A stretch of 64,000 nt of DNA, from the NCBI RefSeq assembly GCF_009914755.1, contig NC_060930.1; one strand, given 5' to 3'. The notes beneath the pieces are model-generated. The model had not been told where the DNA came from, did not search any database, and saw nothing but the letters and a program-made list of their open reading frames with translations. This DNA is from the human T2T-CHM13v2.0 reference genome, Homo sapiens. Below, one piece after another: positions 29,054 through 45,063 of the stretch (position 1 is its first letter; each line of letters starts with the position of its first letter). The position numbers were made by a program, and so were the translations under genes.

Positions 29054-29326
29054 ACGAAGAGTTTCTATTAATATATCCAGCAAAAGTAGTGCTGAAAAAC
29101 AAAGACCAATTAAAGACCTTTCCAGTAAGCTGAAATAATTCATTACCTGTAGACCTACACTATGAGAAATTTAAATGACATCATTTAAGCAGAAAAGAAT
29201 GATGCCAGAAAGAAATAGGAATTTATACAAAGGACTGAAGAGTACTGAAAATGGTAACTACGTGGGTTTTTCTTAATATAAATCTCTTTAGAAATCTCTA
29301 TATTTATATAAAAGATAACTGACTAT

Positions 29327-29612
29327 GCTGGGTGCAGTGGCTCACACCTGTAATCCCAGCACTTTGGGAGGCCGAGGTGGGTGGATCACCTGACGTCAGT
29401 TCAAAACCAGCCTGGCCAACATGGCGAAACCCTGTCTCTACTAAAAAATGCAGAAATCAGCCAGGCATGGTGGTCACGCCTGTAGTCCCAGCTACTCAGG
29501 AGGCTGAGGCAGGAGAATCGCTTGAACTCAGGAGGCGGAGGTTGCAGTGAGCTGAGATCACGTCACTGTACTCCAGCCTGGGCGACAGAGCAAGACTCTG
29601 TCTCAAAAAAAA
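29327..29612 (+). mobile_element. Alu (S)
   Basis: TSD aaaagataactgacta. Confidence 0.9.
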
Positions 29613-30528
29613 AGATAACTGACTAAATAAATGATAATGATGAACTACAGGGATTATAACATATGTAAAAATAAATTATATAACAACAATAGCACAAAGG
29701 TCAAGAAGGGAAGAACAGAAGTACAGTGTTATAAACTTCTTATATGTGAAATGATATGCTAGCTCTTGATGGTAGATTGTAATAACTTAAATATGTATTC
29801 TGTAAATCCTAAAGCAAACACTAAAATAATGGAGTTACGGCTAATAAGTCAATGAAAGCTATGAAATAATATAATAAAAATATCAAAAAGAAAACAGAAA
29901 ATGAGTAAAGGGGAAATAACAAGACCACAGGTTTAAATTTACCCATGTCAATAATCACGTTAAATGTAAATGGTCCACATACCTTCATTAAAATACAGAT
30001 ATTTTAAGTTAACTCCACTTACATGCTGCCTGAGAGAAGTGTACTTTAAATATGAAGACATATGTTGGTTAAAAGTAATGGGATGGAGAAAGATATGTCA
30101 TGCTAACGTAAATGAAAAGAAAGCTGGAGTGGCTATAGTAATCAAAGTAGATTTCAGAGCAAAGACTATGAAAGATAAAGACAGTCATTTCATAATGATA
30201 AAAGTCAATTAATCAAGAGGACATACAGCACTAAATATTTATACATATAATAAAGCTTCAAAATACTTAAGGGAAAAATGATATAACTACAAGGAAAAAT
30301 AAATAAGTCTACAACTTTTGTAGATTTCAATACCCCCCTTTTCAGTAGTTGATAAGACCATAGACAGAAAATCAGTAAGAATATAACAGATTTGAATCAC
30401 ACTGTCAACCAATTTGACCTACTTGACATATATAGAACACTCCAAAAACAGCAGCCTACACATTCCTTTCAAGTGCACATTGAACATTTGCCAAGGTAGA
30501 CCATATTCTGTGTCATATAAAAGTATTT

Positions 30529-30838
<310 letters not shown>

Positions 30839-32382
30839 TCATACAAAGTTCACTGACCACAGTGTAATTAAATTAAAAACCAGTAATAGAAGGGCCTCAG
30901 GAAAATCCCCCAAATATGCTGAATTTTAAAACATACTTTTCAGTAACCCATGTGTCAAAGAAGAAATTGAAAAGGAAACTAGAAAGTGTATAAGGAAGAA
31001 ATCATGCCAATTCTATACAAATTTTTCCAGAAAACTGAAAAGGAAGAAATATTTCCTAGCTCATTCTTTGAGGTCAGAAGATAACCAGAAAAATACCATT
31101 ACAAGCAAAGAAAATTACAGACCAATATCCATCATAAATGTGCAAAAATTATAAACTAAATTTTAGCCAAATTTAATGATTTATACACATACATGCTTAC
31201 ACACATGGACACACACACGTATCCTTTACATGCAGGTATAAAGAATAATATTAATACATAATGACCAAGTGTGTATCCCAGGTTGGTTAACATTCAGAAA
31301 TTGGTCAATCTAATTCACTACATTAATAAACTGAAAAAAATCACATGATTATCTCAATAGATACAGAAGAAGCACTTAACAAAGTCCATTATTTATTCCT
31401 AGTAAAAATTATCAGTAAAATAAGAACAGTTGAGATTTTCCTCAAACTGATAAGAGGAATCCATGAAAACCTACAGCTGTCATACTTAATGGTGAAACAG
31501 TGAATGCTTTGTGCCTACGATCAGGTACAAATCAAAGATGTCTTCATTCATGTCTTCTTTCACCATTGTACTTGAAAAAGAATAAAAGACATCCAGAGTG
31601 GAAAGGAAGAAGTGCAACTATCTTAATTCATGGACAACATGACCATTGTAGAAAATCTGATAGAATCTACAAAAAAGCTATTAGAACTAGTAAACATCAA
31701 AAAATTTAAAATACATAGGGATAAATCTGTTATAAAGATGTGAAAGACCTGTGTGCTAAACACTGCAAAGCATTCCAGAGAGAAATTAAAGAGGACCTAA
31801 ATAAATGGAGAAACACTTCTTGTTCATGGTTTGGAAGATTCACTATTCCAGATATCAGTTCTCCCTAAATTAATCTATACAATCCTAATCAAAATCTCAG
31901 CCAGCTTTTCAAAAAATAGAAACTGACAAAAACCGATTACAAAATACATTTGGAAATACAAAGGATCTAGAACTACTTTGAAAAAGCAGCATCTTTATTT
32001 ATAATAGCCCCAAACTGGAAGCAACCTAAATGGAAAAAAAAAAAAAAAAACAACCTGTGATTAGATCATGTAACGAATACTATTCAGCATAAAAGGAACA
32101 AAAATATTATGCAACAATGTGGATGAATTGCAAATACATTATGCTAAATGAAAGAAGTAATCTCAAAGAGCACATACTATATGCTTCCATTTATATGGCA
32201 TTCTGAAAAAGGCAAATCTTTAACAGTGGAGAATGTATCAGTAGTTGCCAGGGTTTAGGAACTGGGGAAGGAACTGATAAAGGAGTTACCTGAGAGAATT
32301 TTTAGGGGTGTTGGAACAGGTCTAAATTTTTGTTATGGTGGTTACAAAGTTCTATACCTTTTTCAAAAGTGATATAATTCAC

Positions 32383-33022
<640 letters not shown>

Positions 33023-33529
33023 TTAAAGTATTGCCGAATATAAGGACTGCTTCCACATATTTAAAGGCAGAAGACAGAGTGAAATACATTAGCTTCCACA
33101 TATATATCTGAACAGAACTATTGGAAGAAGAAACATTTCTCAATGATAGCAGTGAAGTATGGCATAATTACTACTAATCAGGAAGCTAAGGGCATTGATT
33201 AGACAAAGGAATCATGCTAGTTATCAGGATTAAAATTTAGCCAAGTAATAAGGTTTAAGGGAAACTCCTTCAATTTCATTTAAAAATCCCTGGTTTAAAA
33301 TATAAGTTTTTTAATATTCAAGACAATATTAGATAAATTTGAAAATTCAAAAGCAAAAATCTTAAAGAACAAAATAATTTAGTTATAAGTATCAAATAGG
33401 CTTTTAAAAATCTGTTACATACTATAAAATGACCTCATAGTCTGGCTATACTTTTTTTACTTACATGTAGAGAAAATCTTGAAACAGTACATCAGACATG
33501 AAAATAATATCGTGTCATTTCATTTACAG

Positions 33530-33660
33530 GTCTGCATTACATTTACTGAATTTGGAAAAATGCAAAATATTTGTAACTTTCTTGTTGAAAAGCTAGATAG
33601 CTCTGTTGTCATCAGCCCACCCCAGTTCTATCATACTCCAGGTTCTGTTGAGAATCTTCG
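33530..33660 (+). CDS. IRAK1BP1: IRAK1BP1 coding exon 3 (131 nt)
   Basis: Acceptor tttcatttacag|G; VCITFTEFGKMQNICNFLVEKLDSSVVISPPQFYHTPGSVENL; donor TCG|GTAAGT, phase 2. Confidence 0.96.
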
Positions 33661-33764
33661 GTAAGTTTAAGCACATCTTTAACTAAGATATTCTTTAAAC
33701 AAAACTATCCAGTGCTACATTTCATTGAGTGTCATATTAATAATCTCTCCATTTAATTCCTAAG

Positions 33765-34035
33765 ACGGCAAGCCTGTCTTGTTGCTGTTGAGAATGCGTG
33801 GCGCAAAGCTCAAGAAGTCTGTAACCTTGTTGGCCAAACCTTAGGAAAACCTTTACTAATCAAAGAAGAAGAAACAAAAGAATGGGAAGGCCAAATAGAT
33901 GATCACCAGTCATCCAGACTCTCAAGTTCATTAACTGTACAACAAAAAATCAAAAGTGCAACAATACATGCTGCTTCAAAAGTATTTATAACTTTTGAGG
34001 TAAAGGGAAAAGAGAAGAGAAAAAAGCACCTTTGA
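33765..34035 (+). CDS. IRAK1BP1: IRAK1BP1 coding exon 4 to stop
   Basis: Follows a 104-nt intron ending cctaag|; RQACLVAVENAWRKAQEVC...KEKRKKHL-TGA; the four exons sum to 783 nt = 260 aa plus stop. Confidence 0.95.
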
Positions 34036-34109
34036 AATTCCAAACAAATTATATTGTACTTGTATCTTTTTACCTATTTTTATACTTTTTATAATGTTTA
34101 CGTTTGTCC

Positions 34110-34112
<3 letters not shown>

Positions 34113-34164
<52 letters not shown>
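34113..34164. repeat. (AT)26 microsatellite in the IRAK1BP1 3'UTR
   Basis: Direct reading; starts 78 nt after the stop codon. Confidence 0.95.
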
Positions 34165-34166
<2 letters not shown>

Positions 34167-34280
34167 TATAGGAGATAAGCTATTTCTTTCCAAAATCTAT
34201 AAATCTTTGAATATAGTCCCACAGAATACTTATGTTCACTTTCTATTTTTAAAAGACTACTCTGAAAAACACTCTTGGAT

Positions 34281-34286
34281 AATAAA
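34281..34286 (+). promoter_or_regulatory. Candidate proximal polyadenylation signal
   Basis: First AATAAA after the stop codon; further AATAAA sites lie downstream, so usage is unknown. Confidence 0.4.
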
Positions 34287-35242
34287 TGTATTATGTGCAT
34301 ACTTATATACTGACAGTTCATACAAGCACATGTGTAATATTTCTATTATAAGGACAGATATTGACCCTTGCATTTCATAATTTTTAAAGATATTTAAGCT
34401 AAAATTTTCTCAGCCACATTTTTATATAAAACCAAATTTTATGTAAAAACTAGGCTTCAATAAGTTAGCTAAATTTTTTAAATTGTAAGACAAAATTTTT
34501 ATGGAAAAGAATTCCTATATCCCATCAAACCTAATAATTTTCCACAACTAAAAATGAGTATAAATACATAATTTTAAGTGCATCCTGTCAGGTCTGATAT
34601 TTAATTTTACTTTAGTTAGAAGCTAAGTAGTTACCCTGTTACTTCTTCATGGATGCTAACAGAAGACTTGAGATTCCCAGACAGAAACAAAGGACTATTA
34701 CTCATGGCACAACAAGGAGCATGAGCATCAGCACATTCTCATTGCTTCCCCTTGTCCCAGGTCCCATGGGGGCAAAATGATATGGCCATATGCAATATGG
34801 CTACATATACAGCAGGCTTTTGTTGTAGGTAAAGAATACTGAGCTTGGAGGGTTCACTGCTTTTTATCCATGAACAGAAGCAAACCTGCTCTTTGCCTCA
34901 TCCCTTATAGATGCTCACTCAAAACTCAATACTGAGAAATGGCCCAGGTAAAGAACAGCCAAGGTCTTTCATGCTTGCCACACCCAGCAATATGTTTAGG
35001 AAGGTGAAGTCTACTGAGGGCTATCTCACATCTAACAGTTTCTTTACTAGGACCAGAGACCATTTTGGTAAGATGCAGATAACAACCCCAACCTTAACAA
35101 CTTCACAACATGAATAGAAATAGTGATAAATAATTCATAGCTTTTTACAAAAGAATAATGAGGTATAATAGGAAAATGTTTTGATGCCAAAAATAAAAGA
35201 GTTAATGTTTGGATCGGACTCCAACAGGGCTCCTTAGAGTGA

Positions 35243-35585
<343 letters not shown>

Positions 35586-37210
35586 TGAGATATTTGTTTT
35601 ATCTTCAAAATTCAGTGTATATTTTTACATAATAGCACATCTCAATTCACATGCTAAATTTTCATCAGAAATATTTTATCTGTATTTAAATTTCCTAAAA
35701 TGTACAGTTGAAAAAAAGAGATTCACATACCCAGGTTGTTCTAGCATGCCTAAAAAATCTTGTAACTGGATCAAGTATCAGTTTTTAAATTAGTTAAAAT
35801 TAAATAAAATTTAAAATTTAGTTCCTCAGTCACACTAGCCATATTTCAAGTACTTGAAGGCCACAAATGGCTTGAGACTACCTTGCTGAACAGACCAAGG
35901 TCAAACACTGAGATAATAATGATTCTTAAGGCCATTTGAAAGTTAACAGCAAGTATGTATTACTGCTATCTACAGTAAGAATTACATTTTATCTACAGGC
36001 AATCATAAGCCATGTCTGTTATGCAGCATAGGCTTTCCATTCTCTATACATCTAGGTCATAGAGTTTTTCCATTGATAAATCTGGATGTTTATATACCAA
36101 CATTACTTTCTTACAACATATTCCAGTATATAGTGTCCAGCTTCACCCACTTTTTAAAGTGGCCCTGAAACAATTTTATTCATCTTATTGGAGTGTTGCT
36201 GTAGGGGAAGAGTAGAAGCTAAGAAGAGTTTGAGTTCAACACCATTATATCCAAATCCTGACCTTACTACTGGAATGTAAGCTCCTTGAAAGTGGAGATC
36301 TTGTCTGTCTTGTTCACAGTTGTGTTCCCAGCCCCAGAGGTAGTCTCAGGGCCAATACCAAGTATGCTCTCAAATATTTGCTGGGAAAATTTACTAGCTG
36401 GATAAAAGGCAAGTTACTTTAATCTCTTTAATCTTCCTTTGTCCTTACAAATGAAAGAGACTAATAGTACTTAACCTTGCAGTGTTATTATAAGGATTAA
36501 AGTTGATAAATATATGATCATGAGAACAATTGCTAGCACATAACGGTCACTCTGAAAATAGTAGCTGATATATCAGCTGCATTGTTTGATTATTGTTGGC
36601 TCAATTAAAAGTTGGCTTTTCCAAATCCTCCATTAGGAAGAATTTTTAAATAGCCATATTGAAAATAAAGTTGTCAGAAAACCAATGTAACATATGTTGA
36701 ATTTTTATTACCAAAAAGAAGTTACTATCCAGTTGTACAGAAAAGTAGAATGAGGTTGTGCATCAAGAAAAAAATTGTTCGTTCTCAACAAAAATTTAAT
36801 CACATGGGTAGTTTTTTTTTTTTTAGCTATGGGTTCATGCTGTATTTGGTTGCATCATATTTGATAAAGAAGCTTCCAACTTAGCATGAAATACCTAAAG
36901 ACAATTTTTTTTTAAGTTAGTAGGCACTTTTTAGAATTTCCAGGAACTTTTAAAGATGTTGTCTCCAAAAAAAACAAAAAAATCCTGTAAAGTATACAAT
37001 CCTACATTTTTCTATAGAAGAGCTTAGGGAAGAAATCATTCAAAGATTGGAAAGACTTATGTGTAGTATTCTGTATACTAAAGGGTATCAAATTTAGTTG
37101 TCAGTTGATAGCAATTTAATTTCTTGATACATGGCATACACTGGAATCTTATGATGAATTATTTAGGGGACCTGTGCCACAAAGTCTACTAGAATAAACC
37201 TATCCTAAAC

Positions 37211-37297
37211 TTAATCCTGTTAGAATTTCCTTCTTTTGAACTCTGTTTAAAAAAAAAAAAATCTTTCCAGAAAGTAGGAAGTTATAATTTCTATTTT
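37211..37297 (-). pseudogene. Candidate terminal pseudo-exon
   Basis: Acceptor tttttgtttgtctttcag|; degenerate IE..SYF/GKIF...QD-TAA, interrupted by a poly-T run. Confidence 0.3.
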
Positions 37298-37572
37298 CTG
37301 AAAGACAAACAAAAATTCTAAATAGGATATTTGAAACAGACCCACTGTATCCTAAATGGAAGTGCTATTAAAAGGAAATGCTATTAAAATAAGATTTCAT
37401 ATATTACTGATAATTCATAATGAATTTTAGGATTCCATTCAATTACATACTAAAAATTACATTTTTTATAGTGGCAATGTACTTTTATCAGTATTCTTAT
37501 TTGACAGTCAATTTGAGTTCAGTGTAAACAAATAGGACTTAGAAAAATAATTTGTAACTCAAGATGCTGTAC

Positions 37573-37684
37573 CTCATCCTATAATTGTTGTTTTGTAATA
37601 TTCCTTCTCAGGAATATGGGCTAAGGATATCTCAACTCTGTCAGATTTGTTGATAAGAATTTAATAGTAAGGAGTTCTTATAGC
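37573..37684 (-). pseudogene. Pseudo-exon, second half of YccV-like domain
   Basis: Acceptor tgctttttatag|, phase 0 continuing the previous exon; AIRTPYY*ILINKSDRVEISLAHIPEKE matches the YccV P-x-Y-x-I/V-L...Y-I/V-P-E-x pattern; TAA at 37663-37661; donor GAG|GTACAG. Confidence 0.75.
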
Positions 37685-37879
37685 CTATAAAAAGCATGAA
37701 TTATGAGATCAAATGTGGGAGTTACTATATGATTATCTGCATTACAAAATGAAAGCAAATGCTTTATTTATTCCAACAAAAAAAGACCTATATAAATTAG
37801 TTTAAGCTAACATTTAGACATTTACTATTACATATATGGTATTTGCAACCAAATCACTGAGTTTGTTGTTGTCGTTGTT

Positions 37880-38488
37880 TGAGGCTGTTGCTCTGTCACC
37901 CAGGATGGAGTGCAAGTAGCTCAATCATAGCTTACTGCAGCCTAAAAACTCCTGGGCTGAAGAAATCCTCTCACCTCAGCCTTTTAAGTAGCTGAAACAT
38001 TAGGTGCACACCACCAGGCCTGGCTAATTTTTTATTAGTGATAAGGTCTTGCTATGTTGCCCAGGCTGGTCTCAAACTCCTGGCTTCAAGCAGTCCTGCC
38101 TCAGCTTCCCAGAGTGCTGGACTACAGGCATGAGCCACTGCACCCAGCCCCAAATAGCTTCTACTCATAACCTAGTGTGGCCTAAATTTATTTAAAATGC
38201 CCGGGTAGGCCAGGCACGTTGGCTCACGCCTGTAATCCCAGCACTTGGGAGGCCGAGGTAGGCAGATCACTTGAGGTCAGGAGTTCGAGACCAACCTGGC
38301 CAATATATTGAAACCCTGTCTCTTCTAAAAATACAGAAGTTACTCAGGCGTGGTGGCGTGTGACTGTAATCTCAGCTACCGGGGAGGCTGAAGCAGAAGA
38401 AACGCTCGAACCTGGGAGGCAGAGCTTACAGTGAGCCGAGATCGCACCACTGCACTTCAGCCTGGGTGACAAAGTGAGACTCCATCTA
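37880..38488. mobile_element. Head-to-head inverted Alu pair (37880-38149 minus; 38208-38488 plus) followed by (TACA)n
   Basis: Opposite-orientation Alus ~58 bp apart. Confidence 0.85.
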
Positions 38489-38663
38489 CATACATACATA
38501 CATACATACATACATACATACATAAAATGCCCAGTATCTTACAAGACTGTAGTTCACAGTGGGTAATTCAAATCAGACACTGCTCTTCAAGAGAGGTAAT
38601 ATTAATAGAAATCTTTCAAGAAGGATTGTTTTCTACTATTAAAACAATAAAACTCTTATAAAC

Positions 38664-38825
38664 CTGTTTATCAGAAGGATATTTCTGTTTCAGCAACTCC
38701 TGGAATCCTTCTTCAACATCCCAACCAACAATTACTCCCAGATAGCCATGTCACCTGTGAATTATCATGAATCCCACATCAAATAAACAAATACTGCCTC
38801 TGGACTCTGAATGTAAGTTGGTTCA
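38664..38825 (-). pseudogene. Pseudo-exon, first half of YccV-like domain
   Basis: 38783->38664 reads FDVGFMIIHR*HGYLGVIVGWDVEEGFQELLKQKYPSDKQ, matching the YccV signature F-x-V-G-x-V/I-x-H-R/K-x-x-G-Y-x-G-V-I-V-G-W-D; TGA at 38753-38751; donor CAG|GTTTAT; the 5' boundary is approximate. Confidence 0.85.
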
Positions 38826-38902
38826 TTATAAGAGTGAGAAAAAGAAGACTAAGAAAAAGCATACTGTATTCTTTGCTACATAGGGTTTAAACTTTATTAG
38901 GA

Positions 38903-39218
<316 letters not shown>

Positions 39219-39398
39219 TTATATGCTCAGTATAATTAACAAGACAATATTAGTGAACCAAAAACTAAAAATAATTTACACACTAAAAGATGAAAAGCCC
39301 AGGTGGCAGGTGAAAGTTCTAATCTAAAATGATCCTGAAATAAGTTACTGATCCCTGAATTAAAAAAAAAAAAGCCTCCCAAATGCCATGTCGCTTAC

Positions 39399-39480
39399 CA
39401 TGTGATAGGCAGGGGTCAGGCAGTGACAGTACGTGTGGGACTGTATGTCCATTTTTCAGAATAAGACACTTTTTCAGTGT
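39399..39480 (-). pseudogene. Candidate pseudo-exon
   Basis: ctttatttttgaaag| ... ATG|GTAAGC (strong donor); 82 nt, positioned between the other pseudo-exons. Confidence 0.45.
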
Positions 39481-40040
39481 CTTTCAAAAATAAAGATTCT
39501 GTCTCCTATCCTGCTCCTTTTTTCAAAGAACAATTTTGGGCAAAGAGTAAAATACAGACACATAGTTTCAGTGCTTCATATGGACATCAGTTTTACGCTG
39601 GTCACATTAATTATGCCCTAATTATTTTTTATCTTCCCCTTCACAAGACTGTGAACTCCTCAAGAGTAGGGCTATGCTTGAAACAGTTTTTTTCCCAAGG
39701 TTTGGGTAATAAAAGGCTAAGGAGGAAAAAAGTTGGCTGTGAGGTATTGTGCTTTATTCTCAAATAAGACAGATACTGTTTATGGCAAAGTTACCTGAAC
39801 ATTGGTACACCTGGAAGCAGGGATGGGAAATGCAGGACACATATTCAAACTGTGTTTGCACATTTTGCAGTCCAATAAGCATGCTTTTATTTCTCCAGAG
39901 CTTAGCTTTCTCAAAAAGTAGTTTGTGGCTATGCAACAACATACATTCTGTTGTGTAAACAAGCCTCTTAAATCATTTCAGAACCTATGTTCATTTCAAG
40001 CTTATTGGATCAGCTATAAGTGTGTATCTTTGCCCTTTAC

Positions 40041-40147
40041 CTCCTATTGCCACTGAGGGTGATTACCACTTAAGCCACACATTCCTCACCAGCAGGCCAT
40101 AACTTGCTGGCCAGAGAAAGTTGCTTTTGAAATTCTGACAGCAGCCA
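40041..40147 (-). pseudogene. Candidate pseudo-exon
   Basis: aattttatag| ... GAG|GTAAAG; reads AAVRISKATFSGQQVMACW*GMCGLSGNHPQWQ*E. Confidence 0.45.
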
Positions 40148-41214
40148 CTATAAAATTGCATCTAATAAATTCAGTAAACTTACAATTTTTAGTAAACAGA
40201 TGCTTAAATTGAATTTGTTCGCACGGGCATTAATTTTACTTCCAAAGGATATTTTAGAAAATCATATTTGTATTTGATAGCAACAGTAAATGTATAGCTC
40301 ATACAAAAGAGTAATGCTTTGTTCTTCCATTGAATCAGTCATATATATTATAATTTCATTTAAAAAGAATTAGTATAACAATTCAGATAAATCAACTCCA
40401 GCCCAAGTAAATAGCATCAAAAGAAATTGTTTAGTTTGTACCAAATTAATCATGAAAACTTCAAGGTATTACATTCTATAGGGAATAGGAGGTGAAGTAT
40501 AATTAATTCAAAGTTTAATGTCAACAAAATAAAATACAGAATTATGTTTAATATATCAAATATTTCACTAGCTCAATACGTACAAAGTAAGCATAGATTT
40601 CATCTTCATTTTCAATGTACCTATTTCTAAAAAGATATAGTGATACAGATTCATGTCGTCCACAAAGAAATCAATAGGAATATGCAGCTAAAACTTTTAA
40701 AGAGAATTTACTTGCAAACCACAAAATTCAGCATATATTTGAAGAATGACTGTATTGGTTTCATTTTGTAGGAATGTTGAGAATTTACAGTATCCCAAAA
40801 TATTACTCCTCTGAAGCATTGCATTCATTTTCAAAATATTCAATTATTAAATACTTGAAAAAGAAGAAATAGAGGATTGATCTCCCTAATATTAAATACA
40901 ACGCTTTAGAAGTGTTTTCTCTAAAAGATTAGACACTTCATTGACCAATATTAATTAATGATATTTCATATTGTTTGGTGATAACTCTGGAAACATAACA
41001 CTGCAACAGCCACCTAAATAACTATGAGAATACATGAAGCTCTGAGTTTTGGACAGATTTCAGCCCTCAGTTGATCACTGTAGCCCTGATGACAGGAAAA
41101 GTTGAAACATCAGCAATGTTCAAAGAGCCATGCAATTACTGCTTCTCTATGTGTGAATTAGAATATTCAGAAAGGGACAGAGACATGCAGTTAAAGAAAC
41201 AGTAAATTCCTTGA

Positions 41215-41602
<388 letters not shown>

Positions 41603-42710
41603 TAGAAATATTATCCATACTTTTTGTACACCCACAGATAAATTCAATACATCTGTACCTAAGTGAAAGTCAAGACTGGAAAGAAAAGTAAAAATCTAAA
41701 GAATGTTTTAAAATGATCAGCAGTATGGGATGTAGTATAGTTGTAATGCTACACTTCCAAGAAACATTACTTATGAATAAGAGATGAAATTTAAAATTGA
41801 CTAACATGATTGAAATTAATAAAATACATGAGAAATTTGTTAAGTCTTCTGGAAGTAAGTCTAGCTAGAAGTAAGATTTTATATATGCTGGAATAAATTA
41901 TCCTCAGGTATATAGGAGATTGAATACTCTTTTTTTTTTCTGAGTAACCTAGTTTATTTTGCACATTTATTGGGAAATGGCAGATGAAACAAAGTGGACA
42001 AAGAACAGATTGAGGTCACTTTTTCATTGTCCTCATCTTCTTGCTTCACTTTTCATGAGATAAAGCTGAAAAGTACATATTTTTCCGAAATTACACGTTG
42101 TCACCTAAGGTTACTAAGTGACCTCATTTTTCTACAAAATTGTTTGCCCCCATTTGCCCATCAGTGATCAGAGCTAGTTTTTGAAAATATTTTAATAAGA
42201 GTTCGTGTTTATCTTAAAGCTAAGTATAATGTGTAAGTATTCAAATCACCAAAATATTTTTGAAAAGTACTGTACTAATCTCAATAAGTACATGGAGTGT
42301 TACAATTTATTGACTCACATTCCTCTACTCCCCACCCCAAGAAAATGATTAGGGAGGATGATTCAGTTACAAACTTACACTGCAAAAGGAAAATGCATAC
42401 TGATCTTGGATTAGGGTTTTTTTTCCCCAAATATTTACAAAAGGATGATTATACCAGTGTTTTAGGGGATTTTTATTCCAGGACTTCACCTTTCAACATA
42501 AATGGTAAAATGTGCACGTGTCATTTTATATATTTTATTTGCCAAAAAGAGGTATTAATTAATCACATTATTTTCTGCCCTGAAATCCCAAAATACTATC
42601 TTAAATGATGGGTAAAGATCTTCTCTGAAAGATGGTGGCTATTTTTTCAAGGATGAAAGAAATAAAGTAAGACAATATTCTTCGAAGACTGAGCAGAATC
42701 ATTGTCATAC

Positions 42711-42822
42711 CCCGGAGAGATGAAATGCCATATTGATACAGCTGCTAGGAGAACACAGAGTTGCAAACTGTCACTACACTATTTGTACACAACTCCACAG
42801 TGATGTCTTCCATGATGCATCT
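42711..42822 (-). pseudogene. Pseudo-exon encoding a probable N-terminal signal/TM segment
   Basis: Long polypyrimidine tract then ttag|; donor GGG|GTATGA; reads SVVTV, then after a 1-nt frameshift LQLCVLLAAVSIWHFISP. Confidence 0.55.
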
Positions 42823-43379
42823 CTAAGCAGTATATGAGGAAAAAAGATGAAAAACAAGGTTACTAACTTTGCTGTGCAAATTATTTTAGAAATATTTACC
42901 CTTAAAATGCTAGGTGTTTTTCTAGTTACTGTGTGAATCTGTCACTAATTTTTATTTTTTGGTATTGGATTGAAAACTAATTAGAAACATTACCATATAA
43001 TTAGCTTTCTTCCTAGTTATACCTATTTTTATTAAAATAAATGATAAATAGCACAATTTCCTCTGATTCAAGCACCATATTTTCCACAAAACTTGGGGTC
43101 ATATAACAGGTATCTTACATTTGTGTGTCCAGATAAAAGCCCACCTGGTATTTGTGATGAAAATAAAGAGGAAGCTTCTACTGCAAGAAAAGCTTTCTTC
43201 ACTAGGAACAGAAGATCCTTTCCTGAGGAAAGGGAAGTGAAATTCCAGAGACCCATTTAATCCATAGTTTCTGTGTTAAAACTAAAACTTTAGAAGCTGT
43301 TACTGAGAATGTTTATTTTGTCTGTGTGTTGTTGAATACACACACACAATGAAAAATTGAGGTAGCCTAATTATATTAG

Positions 43380-44343
<964 letters not shown>

Positions 44344-44830
44344 AGATGGCACTCATTGGTCAGTGTTCAATAGGTGCCTACATATTGCTAGCGTGTGCAC
44401 ATCTACCAGAAGAACTTCTGGGTTTAGACACATAATGGGGTGGAAAATCAATGTGCAATATTTTTTTAAGCCACCCTCAGCTGACTCTTCACCAACAGTA
44501 GTCTAATAGGTAGAAGATGGTGAGTCATCATCTGCCTTTCAAGTTCTTTCCCAACAACAGGTTTATTTCTTGATGTATGTGCAGTCCTAGAGCTGAAGGA
44601 GATAGATAGGATCAATTCTGGGCCCACCTTCTGTCTAATCTCAAACCTCTTCTACAGCATCCTTGATGATTTGTCAGCCAGCCTTTGGCATTAGAACGTT
44701 GATCAGAAACTGTGAGGAGTAATAGCATGAAAGGCCAGTCTTGGGACTACAGAGAAAATATGAAGTGATAAGAGGGAAAAGTGTATACTGAGAAGGAAAA
44801 CTAATGATTTAAGATGGCGAAGCAAGCAAA

Positions 44831-45063
44831 TACAGATGATCCTAACTTACGATAGTTCAATTTATGATTTTTCAACTTTATGGTGGTGCAAAAGCCATAC
44901 ACATTCAGTATATACCTCCACTTATGGCAGGAATATGTCCAGACAAGCCCATTATAAGTTGAAAATATCCTAAGTCAAAAACACACTTCTGACTTAGCAA
45001 TATTTTCAATTTACATTGAGTTTATCCAGACATAATCTCATGGTGAATCAAGGAGCAGTTGTA
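44831..45063. mobile_element. Tigger-family MITE
   Basis: tacagatgatcctaactta ... gaatcaaggagcagttgta inverted ends with TA. Confidence 0.55.

Noticed and set aside
34054-34380. ORFs with YIYIYI runs
   Set aside because: Artefact of the (AT)n microsatellite.
37573-38825. Processed pseudogene of FBXO21 or POLDIP2
   Set aside because: The domain is split by an intron with splice sites, has no polyA or TSD, and no F-box or ApaG sequence is visible nearby.
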